Program-made: the position numbers and the translations under genes
In this document: in pieces, positions 1 through 14,256 of the stretch
How the letters are laid out: each line of letters opens with the position of its first letter
How positions within the stretch are numbered: the stretch's first letter is position 1
Notes under the pieces: model-generated
Databases searched by the model: none
The model's input: the letters and a program-made list of their open reading frames with translations, nothing else
What the model was told of the DNA's origin: nothing
Source of the DNA: Octopus sinensis
Lineage: Eukaryota
Direction: 5' to 3'
Assembly (NCBI RefSeq): GCF_006345805.1
Contig: NC_043007.1
Coordinates: 41,230,001 to 41,294,000 of the forward strand
Length of the DNA stretch: 64,000 nucleotides

Positions 1-77
1 ACACTAGCATCGGTTGTCAAGCGATGTTGGGCGGGGGAGACACAAACACAGACACACAAACATATACACACACACAT

Positions 78-122
<45 letters not shown>

Positions 123-637
123 TACGACGGGCTTCTTTCAGTTTCCGTCTACCAAATCCACTCACAAGGCTTTGGTTGGCCTGAGACTATAGTAGAAGAC
201 ACTTGCCCAAGGTGTCATGCAGTGGGACTGAACCCGGAACCATGTGGTTCATAAGAACTACTTACCACACAGCCACTCCTATGTGATTATAAAACTAAAA
301 AATACATACAGCATCCATGACTTTTGGAAAAAGTTATCGAATCTTGGAATTGTCAAAGCATGGAACTTAAGTCAGATGTTAGCTGTCAGGACCCTGTATC
401 CTTCAAAAGTTCCGTTCTTCCCCAAATTCACCAACACTACTCCTGATACCCTTTCTTCTTTAAGGTTCTTTTACTGTTTATTTTTCTGTCTTTTTGTATT
501 TTATACAGTGTACTATGCATGTACTACTAGCTTTCATTGCTGTCTCTTTTTATTTTACTTATATGTCTGCTTTCTGTTCCCTATTTCCACTCTGTTTGAC
601 TAACTGTGGTGCACCTGGGCACTGTATACAATAAGAT

Positions 638-753
638 CATTATTATTATTATTATAATTATTATTATTATCAGTACCACCACCACCACCACCACCACCAC
701 CATCACCATCACCACCACCACCACCACCACCACCACCACCACTACTACTACCA

Positions 754-837
<84 letters not shown>

Positions 838-846
838 ATAATAATA

Positions 847-894
<48 letters not shown>

Positions 895-910
895 CAATAA
901 TAATAATAAT
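638..910. repeat. Compound microsatellite (ATT)n-(CAC)n-(ACT)n-(AAT)n
   Basis: Direct reading. Confidence 0.97.
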
Positions 911-2457
911 AGATATGAAATTTGGATTAGAAAAATGCGCCAAAGTAACCATGAAAAGAGGAAAACTAGTTAAGAGTAACAACATCACACTAGATAAAAC
1001 CAATGAAATAAAAGAATTAGACCAAAGCCAAACTTACAAATACTTAGGAATCCATGAACTAGATAAGACACAACACACACAAATGAAAGAGAAAATAAAA
1101 AAAGAATATTATAGACGAGTTAGATCAATACTAAAAACAGAGCTCAATGCTAAAAACAAGATAATAGGTATCAACACTTTAGCTGTCCCAGTTATAAGTT
1201 ACAGCTACAATATCCTTAACTGGACACGAAATGAACTGTCCAAAATAGATAGGAAAACAAGAAAAATACTGACAGGATCTAGGATGCATCACCCAAAATC
1301 TGACATAGAAAGACTATATATGCAACGTACAGAAGGTGGTAGAGGCCTTATACAGCTGGAAAACTACTATAAAATAACCACCATAGGACTGCAAAAATAC
1401 CTACTTCAGAAGGAAGGAAAACTGATCCAGATAGCAGCAAAACACGAGCAAAACAAAAAACTGTTCTCAGTATTTAAGGAAGCTAACAAATACTAACAAG
1501 AAATCATACCACCTAATAAACACAAAGAAGAAGAAGAAGATGATGAAGAAACAACAAAAGCTATAAAACAAATGAAATCCAAACTAAAAATAGAACAGCA
1601 ACGAGCCATGATAAAACGATGGCAAGAAAAGCCCCTTCATGGTAAATACTGCACTAAACTAAACGCAAAAGAAATAGACAAAGAAAAATCCCAGCAATGG
1701 TTGAGAAGCTCAGGACTCAAAGCAGAAACAGAGGGATTTTTAATTGCAGCACAAGACCAAAGCCTCCCCACCAGAAATTACCAAAAACATGTAATGAAAA
1801 GAAATATTACAAGTAACTGCAGAATATGTGGAGATGGACAAGAAACAATAAATCATATTATCTCTAGCTGCCCAGTCCTGGCTAGAGTTGGAACCTACAT
1901 ACATTGGAAGCTATGCCAACATTATGGAATAACAACAGAAAAAAGATGGTATAGGCACACACCAGAAAAGGTCACAGAAAACGAGAAAGCAACCATACTC
2001 TGGGATATGCCGATACACACAGATAGAGAAATTAAGGCCAACAGACCAGATATAGTTGTCAGAGATCATGAAGAAAAAAAATGCTTTCTAATTGATGTAT
2101 CAATACCGGCAGATGACAACGTGTCTCTAAAAGAAATGGAGAAACTCTCAAAATACAAAGACCTGGAAATAGAGATAACTAGAATGTGGAACCTGAAAAC
2201 AGAAACAATTCCTATCATAGTAGGTGCATTAGGCATGATAAAAAAATATTCAGACAAATACATAACAAAAACACCAGGACTTACAAACACATATAACATA
2301 CAGAAAATTGCACTACTAGGCACTGCACACATCCTACGCAGAACACTTTCCATACAATAACCATCAGAGCATCACAACAAATCACAGCACATACTCAAGG
2401 CACACAGAGCTGCCCTCGGTAGTGAAGTGAAAGCACGCTATAAAAATAAAACTACTG
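911..2457 (+). mobile_element. R4/Dong-clade non-LTR retrotransposon, 5'-truncated copy A
   Basis: RT C-terminus (MKFGLEKCAKV, YKYLG), CCHC knuckle (CRICGDGQETINHIISSC), RLE nuclease (RPDIVV...LIDVSIPADDN...KLSKY), 3' UTR; TAA stop at 1494-1496; (TAA)n on both sides. Confidence 0.9.
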
Positions 2458-5199
2458 AATAATAATAATAATAATATTGTCGATGTGAGAACTGTTGCTG
2501 CTCATGTATTTTAATTTAACTTAAAAAAAAAAAATGAACGAACTATTGAGTTTGGTTTAATGGCCTACCAATGTATACTATGAGTTTCTTTGCCCTAGGA
2601 GTCGGGAAGACACTCGGCAAGAAATGGAAGCAAATTTGAAAGAAGGAAAAAAAAAAAATAATAATAATAATAATAATAATATCATTATTATTTGAAGTGG
2701 CAAGGTGGCTCAATCATTAGCATGCTACACAAAATGCTTAGCAGCATGTCATCTGTCCTTACATTCTGAGTTCAAATTCTGCTGAGGTCGATTTTGTCTT
2801 TCATCCTTTCAGGGCTAAAGAAATAAGTGCCAGTTGATGACTGGGGTCAATGTAATCACCTTACCTCTCCCTTAACCTTGCTGGCCTTGAGCCAAAATTT
2901 GAAACTATTCTTATTATCAAAACACCTGTTCCTATCCTTCTATCACACTTAGCCTCTCATCACTTGGCTTAAAGCCTCCCTCAGTACTACTCCCCACTCA
3001 ATTGAGAGTACCTTCTCTTGTAAGCTACAAGGTGATCTGACAAGTGCCAGGGTTACATAAAAGCACTCAGTACACTCTGTAAAGTAGTTGGTGTTAGGAA
3101 GGATATCCAACCAAGGCAGACACGGATTTGGTGCAACCCTCTGGCTCACCAGTTCTGTCAAACCATCCAATCCACATCAGCATGAGAAATGGATGATAGA
3201 AGGATGAAAGGCAGTCTGTTTGTCAGGATTTGAACTCAAAACACAAGAAGCTGAAATAAGCATTACAAGGCATTTTGTCTGCTATTTTAATAAAAAAAAT
3301 TAAGGAATATACATAGTAAAAGAATGGAAGTAGTGTCTACTTCGTCAATGATGGAACTAGTAACTACTATTATCTTTTACTAAGGATATTCCTCGATTCT
3401 TCAATGATGGAACTAGACAGTCTGAATATCATTTATGAAGGATATTCTTTAATTCTTCCTCTCTGAGGACATTATAGTTGGCTTATATGGAAATCTTCGC
3501 TCAATGATCTATGTACCATATGCACAGCAATTCTAGAAACAGCTGTAAGAGACTTTATGCATTATTTATTAATCCTTTATTTCCTCTAACTACTCTACAA
3601 TTGTGTTTGAATTATAAATTACATGCTCTAAAGCAGTAGTTCTCAACTATTTTTGCCTATGGATCCCTTTGGTTTCTATATTACTCTACCGTACTTCCAT
3701 AGACATCCGATGTTTAAAAAATCCTATTACATCTTTATAATTAGATATTATTAAGAACTGTATAAAAAAAATTACAAAAATATTTTGTGTATTGTAGAAG
3801 TATAACCAATTTATTTTACATAAACCTTAACAAAATATTATATGGACCAACCTCTAAGGATCATATGGACCCCAACTGAGAACCACTGCTCTAAAGTGGC
3901 ACTACAGGTTTTGCTTGTTTGTTCTTTCTTTCTAATGTATATCTACCTGCTAAGGTGATGAGCTGGCAGAATCATTAGCATACTGCATGAAATGCTTAGC
4001 AGAATTTTATCCATCTTTACATTCTGAGTTCAAATACCATTGGGGTCTTCTTTGCCTTTCGTGCTTTCAGGATCAGTAAAATAAATACCAGTTGAACATT
4101 GAAGTCAGTTTAATTGGCTTAGGTCTTTCCCCAAAGCTGCTGGCCTTGTGCCAAAATTTGAAACCAATATATATCTACCCACTCATTGATGAACCACTTA
4201 CAGCCATTCTTTACTAGGCAGCTACAGCACCACCTTTGTTTTAGCTGCAGTTCAAGACAGAGTTTTAGTAGTAAACCAACCCAAGAGCTTATAGTGCATA
4301 CCTATTTCATTATATCATTAGATGGAATTATATATATATATTATATTTACTATAAACATAAACTTAAATAAGCTAACCATATAATTTGATATATCGTGTG
4401 ATATATTAAATCTATAGATATTATACATGGATATTAATATAACGAGTTTATATAATGGATTTGAGTGTATTTGTACTTTTTCAAATTTTTGATTGTATTT
4501 TTCATGAATGGAATCAATTGAGTTGATTAATTAGACGCTTATCATTTTAAAATCTAGATAGATTAACAGAATCGTTGAACTTAGTTATTTAGTTTGCTTA
4601 TCAATATTAGTTGGTTCTTGCTATTATTTTGACTTTGATCGTTGTTATTATTGATAATGTTATTAACTGGTTTGGTAGAGGACTGGTGATTGTGATTGTA
4701 CATCTTCATAGTGTATTGTTCTTTGGTTCTAATATTTTAGCACCTTTCTTTAATTTGGGGTTGATAGGTTTTCTTATTTTCCATTAATATATTATTCTCG
4801 CTATTATATATATATGTATATATATATTATTTTTTTATTATAATATATTATATTATATATTGATATATAGGTGGATTATGTATTTGTAAGTTTAAGTTAA
4901 TTAGGTATTATATTATTTGATATTTAGTCAATTTTGTTATAGATTGTTATATTAAATCTATAGATACTACACATGTATCTTTATTATATGGTTAGCTTAT
5001 TTAAGGAGTTTGTCTATATTTGAAACATTTCTTATTTTGATTACAATTTAATGACTTGTAATAGCTTTGTGTATTTTATTTAATTTTAAAGTATTTAATT
5101 ATTGAAGTACTATTTTATTTTTCACTTATGTATATTTAGAATTTTCATATATATATATATTAAAGTATATTTATTAATTAATTGTTGTATTATATTTTT

Positions 5200-5284
5200 A
5201 ACCTGATGAGTGACTATTTATATGCAAGTGATTTCTCTACTACTATAATCATTTCTTAAATATAGTAGCGAAACACATGTCGTT
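5200..5284 (+). ncRNA. Type I hammerhead-like motif in an AT-rich repeat
   Basis: AAC-CUGAUGAG-[long stem II]-CGAAAC-ACAU-GUC-GUU; stem I only 3 bp. Confidence 0.5.
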
Positions 5285-5535
5285 TTTCTACCTATTATAT
5301 ACATTATATTATTTTTGTAATTTACTTAATTTTTACTTTTTATTGTTATTTTAATTTTAACTTTTCTATTATATGTAATTTTCTAGATGGTGTAATTTAA
5401 TTATTCATTTTGAATTGATAAAAGGTGTTTTTTTTCTAATATTTTACATATATATTATATTGTGTGGAATTTGATTTAGTATTTCTAAACTGAATTCTTT
5501 TTCCTTGTAAGTTTGGATTTTATTCCCTCAAATAA

Positions 5536-5576
<41 letters not shown>

Positions 5577-5711
5577 GGTCAACTGGAACCCTCCTTGTCG
5601 TAACCAACGGAGTGCCATAGTTTGATATATAAAGTGTCTTCTACTATAGCCTCGGGCCAACCGAAGGCTTGTGAGTGGATTTGGTAGACAGAAACTGAAA
5701 GAAGCCCATCG

Positions 5712-5757
<46 letters not shown>

Positions 5758-6155
5758 ACTGTGTCTGTGTGTATATGTGTGTGTGTATATATATATACAT
5801 ATATGTGTATGTATATATCAATGTGTGTGTGTCTTCATATCTGTGTTTGTGCCCCCACCCCCACCCATTACTACTTTATATCCCCATAACATAGTTCAGT
5901 AAAAGAGACCAATAGAATAAGTACTATGGTTTAAAAAAATAAGTCCTTTGGTTTGATTTGTTTGACTAAAACCTTCAAGACAGTGCTCCAGCATAGCTAC
6001 AATCAGATGACTGAAACAAGTAAAAGAATAAAAGTGTAAAAGAATATATATATATATATATATATACAAAATAAGAAAATGGAGAAATATATCTAAATCA
6101 TTCATCAACTATCAGATAATACCGAATCATATACTTTATTAAAACACTACACAAT

Positions 6156-6206
<51 letters not shown>

Positions 6207-6388
6207 AAAGGGCTTAGTAAAATAAATTACTTTGCCACATACTGAACTCATTAGAAATAGTAGCTAAAAAAACTTTTTTAAAACTATTTCTAATACTTAA
6301 AGAAAATCTCTCTCATATAGTGTTTGCTCAATTCAACTCACAAAAGTATGGGGGTAAAGACATTAAAAAATCAAATGCAAAGGTTATT

Positions 6389-6440
6389 TGAGAACGTACG
6401 TTTCTAGATTAGTCAAATCGACATTTCTTTCGTCAGCTCA
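6389..6440 (-). ncRNA. Type I hammerhead-like motif with palindromic stem III
   Basis: - strand UGAG-CUGACGA-AAGAAAUGUCGAUUUGACUAAUCUA-GAAAC-GUAC-GUU-CUCA. Confidence 0.6.
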
Positions 6441-6760
6441 GAACTCCTTGGTTCGGATTTGAAAACACTGAAAGTGGGAGCATTCCCTTTCAGCTTCTTA
6501 TCGCTTCTGAAGATCTGCTCGAACTATCAGTGCCAGCAAATCCAAAATATGCAAGCGAAGAATTTCTGCTCTCCCCTTTCCACCAGCGTGGGTTAAAATC
6601 AGTAAACACTATGTTTTATCGAAGCATTAAATAGAGAGAGATGAATTATAATTTCAACAATTGAGGGTAAAATTAATTAATTATTAATCAATTTCACCAA
6701 GTATTCAGTATGCAAAGGGACCATTTAAGGCGAATTCAAATTATTCAAATCAATTGAAAT

Positions 6761-6793
<33 letters not shown>

Positions 6794-7057
6794 ATGTTTA
6801 ACTTCATGTCCTCTTTTGACCAAAATGAATTATAATCAAAAGAATTCTATTCACGACCATCCTGTCTTAGATATATGGGTACCTCAAACCACATTATTCT
6901 AAAGTGTCCTTTTTTCATGTATATTTGACTTCAAGTCAGTAGGGTGTGGTTTGAGGGAGATTTATTTGTAATTTTTAATGGATCCTGTCGTTGGTCACAT
7001 AGAGGCATACTAATAGTGGTGGTAGGAGGAATGGTAGCATCTACATCACTGTTATCA

Positions 7058-7096
<39 letters not shown>

Positions 7097-7227
7097 ATCC
7101 CAGGTTAGACCTAATTGGGTAACCCCTTTATCAAAAGCAATCTGGCTACGACTATCTTTCAAAGCTTATCAAGGACTGCATTAATTTAATTTTTGTTATT
7201 TAAAAAGATTTGTCTACTAGAGACACC

Positions 7228-7367
7228 TTCTTCTTCTTCTTCTTCTTCTTCTTCTTCTTCTTCTTCTTCTTCTTCTTCTTCTTCTTCTTCTTCTTCTTCT
7301 TCTTCTTCTTCTTCTTCTTCTTCTTCTTCTTCTTCTTCTTCTTCTTCTTCTTCTTCTTCTTCTTCTT
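7228..7367. repeat. Pure (TTC)n microsatellite, about 140 bp
   Basis: Direct reading. Confidence 0.98.
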
Positions 7368-8179
7368 GATGATGATGATGATGATGATGATTATTATTAT
7401 TAGTTCCAGGTCAGCACTGATACAGTTGATATATGATCAAAGGCATTCTGACCATGGCTACCCCCATCGTTTTCGATGTCTACAACTAATTATCCAATGT
7501 ATCTTTTTTTTTTTGCAACACAGTATCAGGAGAATTGTGTGAGATTTGGCTGCTATTTCTAACGGATCAAGTGATCATATAAAAGCTCTCTCTCACTAAC
7601 ATCTATGATTCCTTCCACTTGTGTTGTTATTACTGATTGTAATGGTGGTGCTGGTGGTGGTTTGGTGGTGGTGAAGGAAATTTAGTAGTTGTGTTGGTGA
7701 TAGTGGTGACAACAGTGATCAGGGTGGTGGTATTTGTGATTGTGGTATTGATAATAATTGTGGTGTAACACCAACAGTGGTCATGGTGGTGGTGGTGGTG
7801 GTGGTAGTGATGGTGGTGGTAGTGGTGGTGGTGGTGGCAGAATTGATGGTAGTGGCGGCATTACTGTTGTCATTGTTATTGTTGTTTTGTTGCTGGCAGT
7901 GGCAGCGGTGGTGGTGGTGGTGGTGGTGGTGGTGGTGGTTATTTAGTAGTTGTGTTGGTAATGATGGTGGCATGATGAAAATGATGTGACAGTGATGATG
8001 ATGATGGTGGTGGTAGCGATGGTGAAGATAGAGGTGATGGCAGTGATGGTAATGATGATGATGATGCTGATGACGATGATCGTGGTGCCAGTAGATGGTA
8101 GAGATACAATGGGGATGATGAAGATGAGATTACAATCTGTTTTCATGTTTTTCTTTTTCTTTCTTTTATCTCCTTCCAG

Positions 8180-8390
8180 TTTGTGTTAACGCTTGGCAAT
8201 TCTGTATTGGATCTGGACGTCGATCCATTGCTTGAGGTAACATGGAGATCCTGTTTCAGTGAAGCATGTGTCAATAACAACACAACCCTCACTTCCAAGT
8301 TTATAATAATTGATGCTTGTCTGAGAAAGATGCCCAGTTCATACCCAGACGGGGACTGCTTTGTACAGAGAAGATTTACCTTCCCAAGTG
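8180..8390 (+). CDS. Exon: end of signal peptide plus N-terminal half of C2/MNNL-like domain
   Basis: ccttccag|...|gtaaga; FVLTLGNSVLDLDVDPLLEVTWRSCFSEAC...IDACLRKMPSSYPDGDCF. The C-x12-C spacing matches the RVCLKHFQAVVSPGPC motif of Delta-like ligands. Confidence 0.75.
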
Positions 8391-8448
8391 GTAAGAGATA
8401 TTGTTGTTGATGTTGTTGTTGTTGTTACTGTTGTTGTTGTTGTTTCTA

Positions 8449-9764
8449 CTGGGTCATCCCATAAATAATGTGGATTTCTCAATTGCATAAACTAAAAGTC
8501 AGATGGGGATGGGATAAACTGCTTACATCAGCTTGCTATAAAAGCAGGTAGTAATTTTACCATGTGCTTATTCTTAGTGCTTATTCTCTTTCTATGTTGT
8601 CCCCTTGTGGGAAATAAAAAAAAAAGCTTATTCTTAGAGCAAGTTTTGAAGAGTGCAGTTCGATTTAAAAGTTATTTCTTCAAAGCTATAATGGAAGTAA
8701 CAAAGGAGCACATTCGGCATATTTTGCTTTACGAGTTCGATGAAGGCAACAAGGAATATTAATGTAGTATATGGGATCAGACAATAAGTGTAAGCCAGTG
8801 TCAACGGTGGATCCAGAAATTCTGAGCTAGAAACTACAGCCTAGAAAACGAGTCTCATCCTGGAAGATCTGTTAGAGCTCAATGAGGATATCCTGCAAAC
8901 CCTGGTGGGACAAAATCCCATTGTAACTATGGAAGAACTAGCAGAGAAGCTTGGATTTGGTCATTCAACCATTCATTGACACCTGCGTGCCATCGGAAAT
9001 GTCAGCAAATTGGGTCAATGAGTTCCTCAAACTTTCCAAGTTTAATCACCCACAGAAAGTGAATGTGTGTTCTCCTTTGCTGTCATGTCTCATAAATGAA
9101 CGTTTTTTGGACCAAATAGTGACTGGTGAGGAGAAATGAGTTCTCTATAAAAGTGTCAAGTGCTAAAGACAGTGGGTAAGGAAAGGAGAAACACCGGCAG
9201 CCCAGGCTAAGGGAGGTCTTCACCCACGTAGAATGTTGTTATCTGTTTGGTGGAACATGAAAGGTTTAGTCCATTTTGAAGTTTTAAACTAAATGATAAC
9301 AAAGATCTACCACAAGCAGCTTGAGTGGCTTAAGTCAGTGCTTGAAGAAAAACGACCAACTTTGGTTTCAAGATAAAAGGTCTTCTTCCATCAGGATAAT
9401 GCTCGGTCACATATAGCGAGGATGACATTTCAAAGGTTGGAGTAGTTTGAATGGGAAATGATCTCCACCCACCATATTCGCCGGACATTGCCCCATCTGA
9501 TTATCATTTATTTCACAGTCTTCAAAATCATTTGGATGGAAAAATATGAATTGTGTATACATGACCAGAACAGTAATGGAGGAGTATTTTTCATCAGGGA
9601 TAAGTGAATTTTAGAAGAGGGCCCTTGCAAGTCTACCAGATAGATGGAAGATCATTGTAGAAAATGAAGGAGAGTACATTTCAGATTCAAAAAGAACTTT
9701 GTTTATCTTAATTTTAAAAAATAAAATAAGTATAAAAAACTGCATTATTTATGGGATGACCGAA
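8449..9764 (+). mobile_element. Near full-length degenerate mariner transposon
   Basis: TIRs ctgggtcatcccataaataatg / cattatttatgggatgaccgaa, TA on both flanks; remnants of IVTGEEK, HQDNARSH and HPPYSPDIAPSDYHLF. Confidence 0.88.
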
Positions 9765-10169
9765 TATTTATGTGCTGTTGTTATTGTTGTTGTCATTGTT
9801 GAACTCTCTGACTTTACAAAAGGCTTTCCAGCTGTGACCATCCCATCAGATATTTTTACAGATCTAGCTGAATATAATGTGTTCTTCTATTTTTAAGACA
9901 AGATGGTTGAGGATGATTTGAGACAGATTTTGTTACCACTTCTACTGCATCAAGCCTCTCTTGTCAATTTGTGTTGCTGCTGTGATTGTTTAGCCCAAGG
10001 TCGACTCTGATTGAGTGGGCTTACGATTAAAGGTATTCCAGCTGCGACTGTTCTTTCTATTTTAAGATAGTAATTTGGTTTGAGAGGGATTTGATGATTT
10101 CTAGCAGATCAAGCACTGCATAGAAGCTCCCTTGTTGATTCATTTCTATCAGTAATTGTTGCAAATTTT

Positions 10170-10301
10170 GTTGTTGCTGCTACCGCTGCTGCTGCCGTTG
10201 CTGCTGCTGCCGTTGCTGCTGCTGCCGTTGCTGCTGCTGCCGTTGCTGCTGCTGCCGTTGCTGCTGCTGCCGTTGCTGCTGCTGCCGTTGCTGCTGCTGC
10301 C

Positions 10302-10380
<79 letters not shown>
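10170..10380. repeat. (GCCGTTGCTGCTGCT)n higher-order repeat grading into (CTG)n and (TTG)n
   Basis: Direct reading. Confidence 0.95.
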
Positions 10381-11799
10381 TCGCTGTTTTGCCGATGGTA
10401 GTGATATAGTTTCAATAAACCTTTGTTTAAGAAGACCTATGATACAATTCAGACCAACCAGTAGCTCAGATTTACCATGTCAGCCAAATTGAGGATCATT
10501 ACGCATACATCAAACCCACAGTAGGCTTTTTATATAAGCTGCACTGATGTAATCTGGACATGATTTGTTTTCTCTGCTATCCAAACTCTTTTTGTATGTC
10601 AGTAGGTTGTTGTAGTTGTCACAGCAGATGCATACAAAATAGGCTTGATTGAAGCTCAATAATCTTGTTTTTTTAGCCCATATCTGTGCTGGTATAAATC
10701 TGAGCAAAATGCTCAGAACAAATTAGACTTTTATTTTCACTGTCAGATGAAGAAGGGCAATATCCATGACTCTAAAACAGGAGGAAGAGAACAAGTTAAC
10801 ATCAAACCAGAAATCTGGTCTAAATGCTTACAACAGAGTGGACATGATGAAAAGAGACCTTAGGACCAAGTTAGTAGTGGTGTTAAGCTGAACAACAGAT
10901 GGAGTCTACCATCTAAGAACTAAAACTACTTTAAGGAGGCCATAGGCCAATGAGTCTCGGGGCTGATGATATGCCATAAAAATACTCTTTGTGACGAGAA
11001 ACCCCAGATAACCTTATAAACAGGCCTTCACCAGTAATAAATATTGACTGCTCTACTTCTTAGAGTGTGCTTCTTCAGTTTTTATGTATTTCAAAAAAAA
11101 AGAATTATATATATATATATATGTATATAGTATAGTATAGTATAGCATATGATGAAGAAAATGGAGAGTTTTAAGAAATAACCGTCAATTGGGAAACTTT
11201 GGATATGAACATCCCTTTCAAGAGGAATCTATATCTTCACAATAACACACTCATACATTATGGATTAGACATATCCCATGGGGAAATTTTTGTCTTAAAT
11301 TTTTAATATCCATTTCTCGGAAATTATGATTCTAAAAATAAAATAAAATTCAAATTTTTTTTTTATACCCTTCCAACCTTTTTCTTTTTCATATTAGATA
11401 TGGAGTGCCTAATCAAAAACAATAATGAGTATAATCTGAGGTAAATCTGGTTATTTCAAGCAGGGATGGCAATGAGTTTTAGCAACAAGAAGTACACTAA
11501 GTTCCATGAAACAGGTTGGAAAGAAGAGTAATAGATGCTATTAACACTTTGCCCTTAAGCTGGAAAATAGGCCTACTTTTCTATGAACTAGCAGGTCAAA
11601 TGATGCTGCGGAGGCCTACATCATTGAGAATTGTTAATATGAAAACAATCAGCTGAAGTGTCTATGGTTTGTGAAACTGTCAGGCACATAACCAGATGAG
11701 TTGTAGTGCACCTGAGCACTGTACACAATGTTTTATTATTATTATTATTATTATTAAAACTAAGAACTAGTCCATTTGGCAGGCTTCTACAGTTTTCCT

Positions 11800-12011
11800 C
11801 TTTTGCTCTTTTACTTGTTTCAGTCATTTGACTGTGGCCATGCTGGAGCACCACCTTTAGTCGAGCAAATCGACCCCAGGACTTATTCTTTGTAAGCCTA
11901 GTACTTATTCTATCGGTCTCTTTTGCCGAACCGCTAAGTTACAGGGACGTAAGCACACCAGTATCGGTTGTCAAGCGATGTTGGGGGAACAAACACAAAC
12001 ATACACACACA

Positions 12012-12055
<44 letters not shown>

Positions 12056-12210
12056 GGCTTCTCTCAGTTTCCGTCTACCAAATCCACTCACAAGGCTTTG
12101 GTCGGCCCGAGGCTATAGTAGAAGATACTTGCCCAAGATGCCATGCAGTGGGACTGAACCTGGAACCATGTGGTTGGTAAGCAAGCTACTTACCACACAG
12201 CCACTCCAAC
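11800..12210 (-). mobile_element. Composite SINE with internal (TG)n (relatives at 1-280 -, 5580-6030 +/-, 18385-18620 -, 19660-19840 -)
   Basis: tRNA-like head, gaaagaagcccgtcg segment, dinucleotide tract, shared 3' part. Confidence 0.65.
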
Positions 12211-13487
12211 GCCTATATAATAAAGGCTTAGGTGAATCTGAGGCTATAGGAAGAGACACTTGCCCAAAGTGTTGAGCAATAGAATTGAGTCCCATATCAT
12301 ATATATAGTTGTGAAGTGAACTTTGTAATTATACAGTTATATCTGTTGATTTTGTTGACATCAGTGATTTTGTTGTTAAAGTGACTGAAAATTTCAAGAC
12401 AGGAACTGTGAAGTTTGGAGCCTACTACAGTATCAAAGTGTGAATCTTGCACATCTCAGCAGTCTTTCATTTTGAATATTTATGTTTCATTACATAAGTA
12501 ATATGTGAGATGATGTAAAGGACACTATTTTGCAAGAAATAACAGCCAAAATTTTTTACCAAACAACGATCAAGAAGTCAATTTCCTTTTCAAGGAAGAA
12601 AACATTAATAATACTTCTGTCACTGCTACTGTTGTTTGTTTAGTTGTAGGTCAGCTCCGATTTAGAAAATCTAGAAACAAAAGCATTCCAGCTTTGCCCA
12701 TTTCTTATTTTATTCAATCATAATGTATCTAGATCTACACATCTACATTATCTAATGTGTTCATTTGAAAAAAACTATAGAGTATATCATCATCATCATC
12801 ATCATTATCATCGTTTAATGTCCATATTCCATGCATACATACATGGGTAGGATGGTTGACAGGAGCTGGTCAGGTAGGAGGCTTCCCCCGGCTGCTATCT
12901 GTTTTGGTAGGGTTTTTTATGACTGGATGCCCTTCCTAATATCAACCACTCTATAGAGTGAACTGAGTGTTTTTTATGTGGCACCAACACAGGCAAAGAC
13001 AGATTCAGCATGATTTTTACAGCTGGATGCTCTTCCAAATACCAACCATTTTACAGTGTGGACTGGATGCTTTTTACATGGCATCAGCACTGGCAGGGTT
13101 ACCAAGTAACTTGCAAGACAAGAAATTTTGAGAGCGGGGAAATTTGACTGCTACATCTAGCAGAATAACCAGCCACGTAGTGGCCTCCTTACTTATTCAT
13201 GTACGTCACTGGTGTTGTTGCTGCTGCTGTTGTTGTTAAGCAACAAGACTGGTAAGGGTGATTAGGTGATGGTCTAGGGCTTAGGGGCGGGAGACCCCAG
13301 ATCTTGGAAAAAAAGAAAAAAACTTTGGTCGTCTTGTTGTAGTTGAGGGCTCTTCATTGACGCCCAACACCACTTGGAGGTGGACCTCGAAGTCGCTGGA
13401 AATGGAGATCTCCAGGTCCCAATTCTTGAACGGCCGTTGTTGCTGCTGCTGCTGCTGTTGCTGTTGCTGTTGTTGTTGTTGTTGTAG

Positions 13488-13528
<41 letters not shown>

Positions 13529-13924
13529 AGTAGTAGTAGTAGTAGTAATTGCTGGTGGTGTTGCTGTTGATGCTGTTTTTGTTGTTGTTTTGTAGTAGTG
13601 ATTGTTCTTTTTATTGTTTAAGCCCCAGGCTTGTACTGGTCAAGCAGGCCTGTGATCCAAAGCATTCAAGCCGTCATCATCCTAGTGTATCCAAGACTAT
13701 CCTCTCCAGGATAGACAAGCTCCTTATATTTATGGCAGTAGTGTTTGACTTGGAGAGGATTTATCTACATTTTCTAGCAGACAAATCTTCCTCGACTATT
13801 TCTTGTGGATCAAGTAACTTCATTGTGGCTTCATCAATATTGTTGCTAATGACATTAATGAAGTAGATGGCATTGCTGTTGTTGTTGATATTGTAGTTGC
13901 AGCTGTTGCAAGTGCTGCTGCTAC

Positions 13925-14082
<158 letters not shown>

Positions 14083-14143
14083 CCAAAGTAGGAAATTGTA
14101 ATCCCATCTATGAATCTTTCAGTAATATTCAGTTCCTTTCCAG

Positions 14144-14256
14144 AATATCAGAACATATCACCAATGCATGGCCAGAACATTTATAAATTGAAGAAACTAA
14201 AGACAAAGAACTTTAGCTTAAACCAGATTCATCTGCTTATACCAGGACCCATTCAG
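14144..14256 (+). CDS. Exon: C2/MNNL-like middle part
   Basis: ctttccag|...|gtaaga; phase 1->0 fits both neighbours; (E)YQNISPMHGQNIYKLKKLKTKNFSLNQIHLLIPGPIQ. Confidence 0.6.

Noticed and set aside
1-8179. First coding exon (ATG plus signal peptide)
   Set aside because: No convincing hydrophobic ATG exon with a phase-0 donor was found by eye; it probably lies upstream of the window.
13270-13440. GC-richer island including ttaggg
   Set aside because: A single telomere-like hexamer, no array; probably a small retroelement fragment that I cannot classify.
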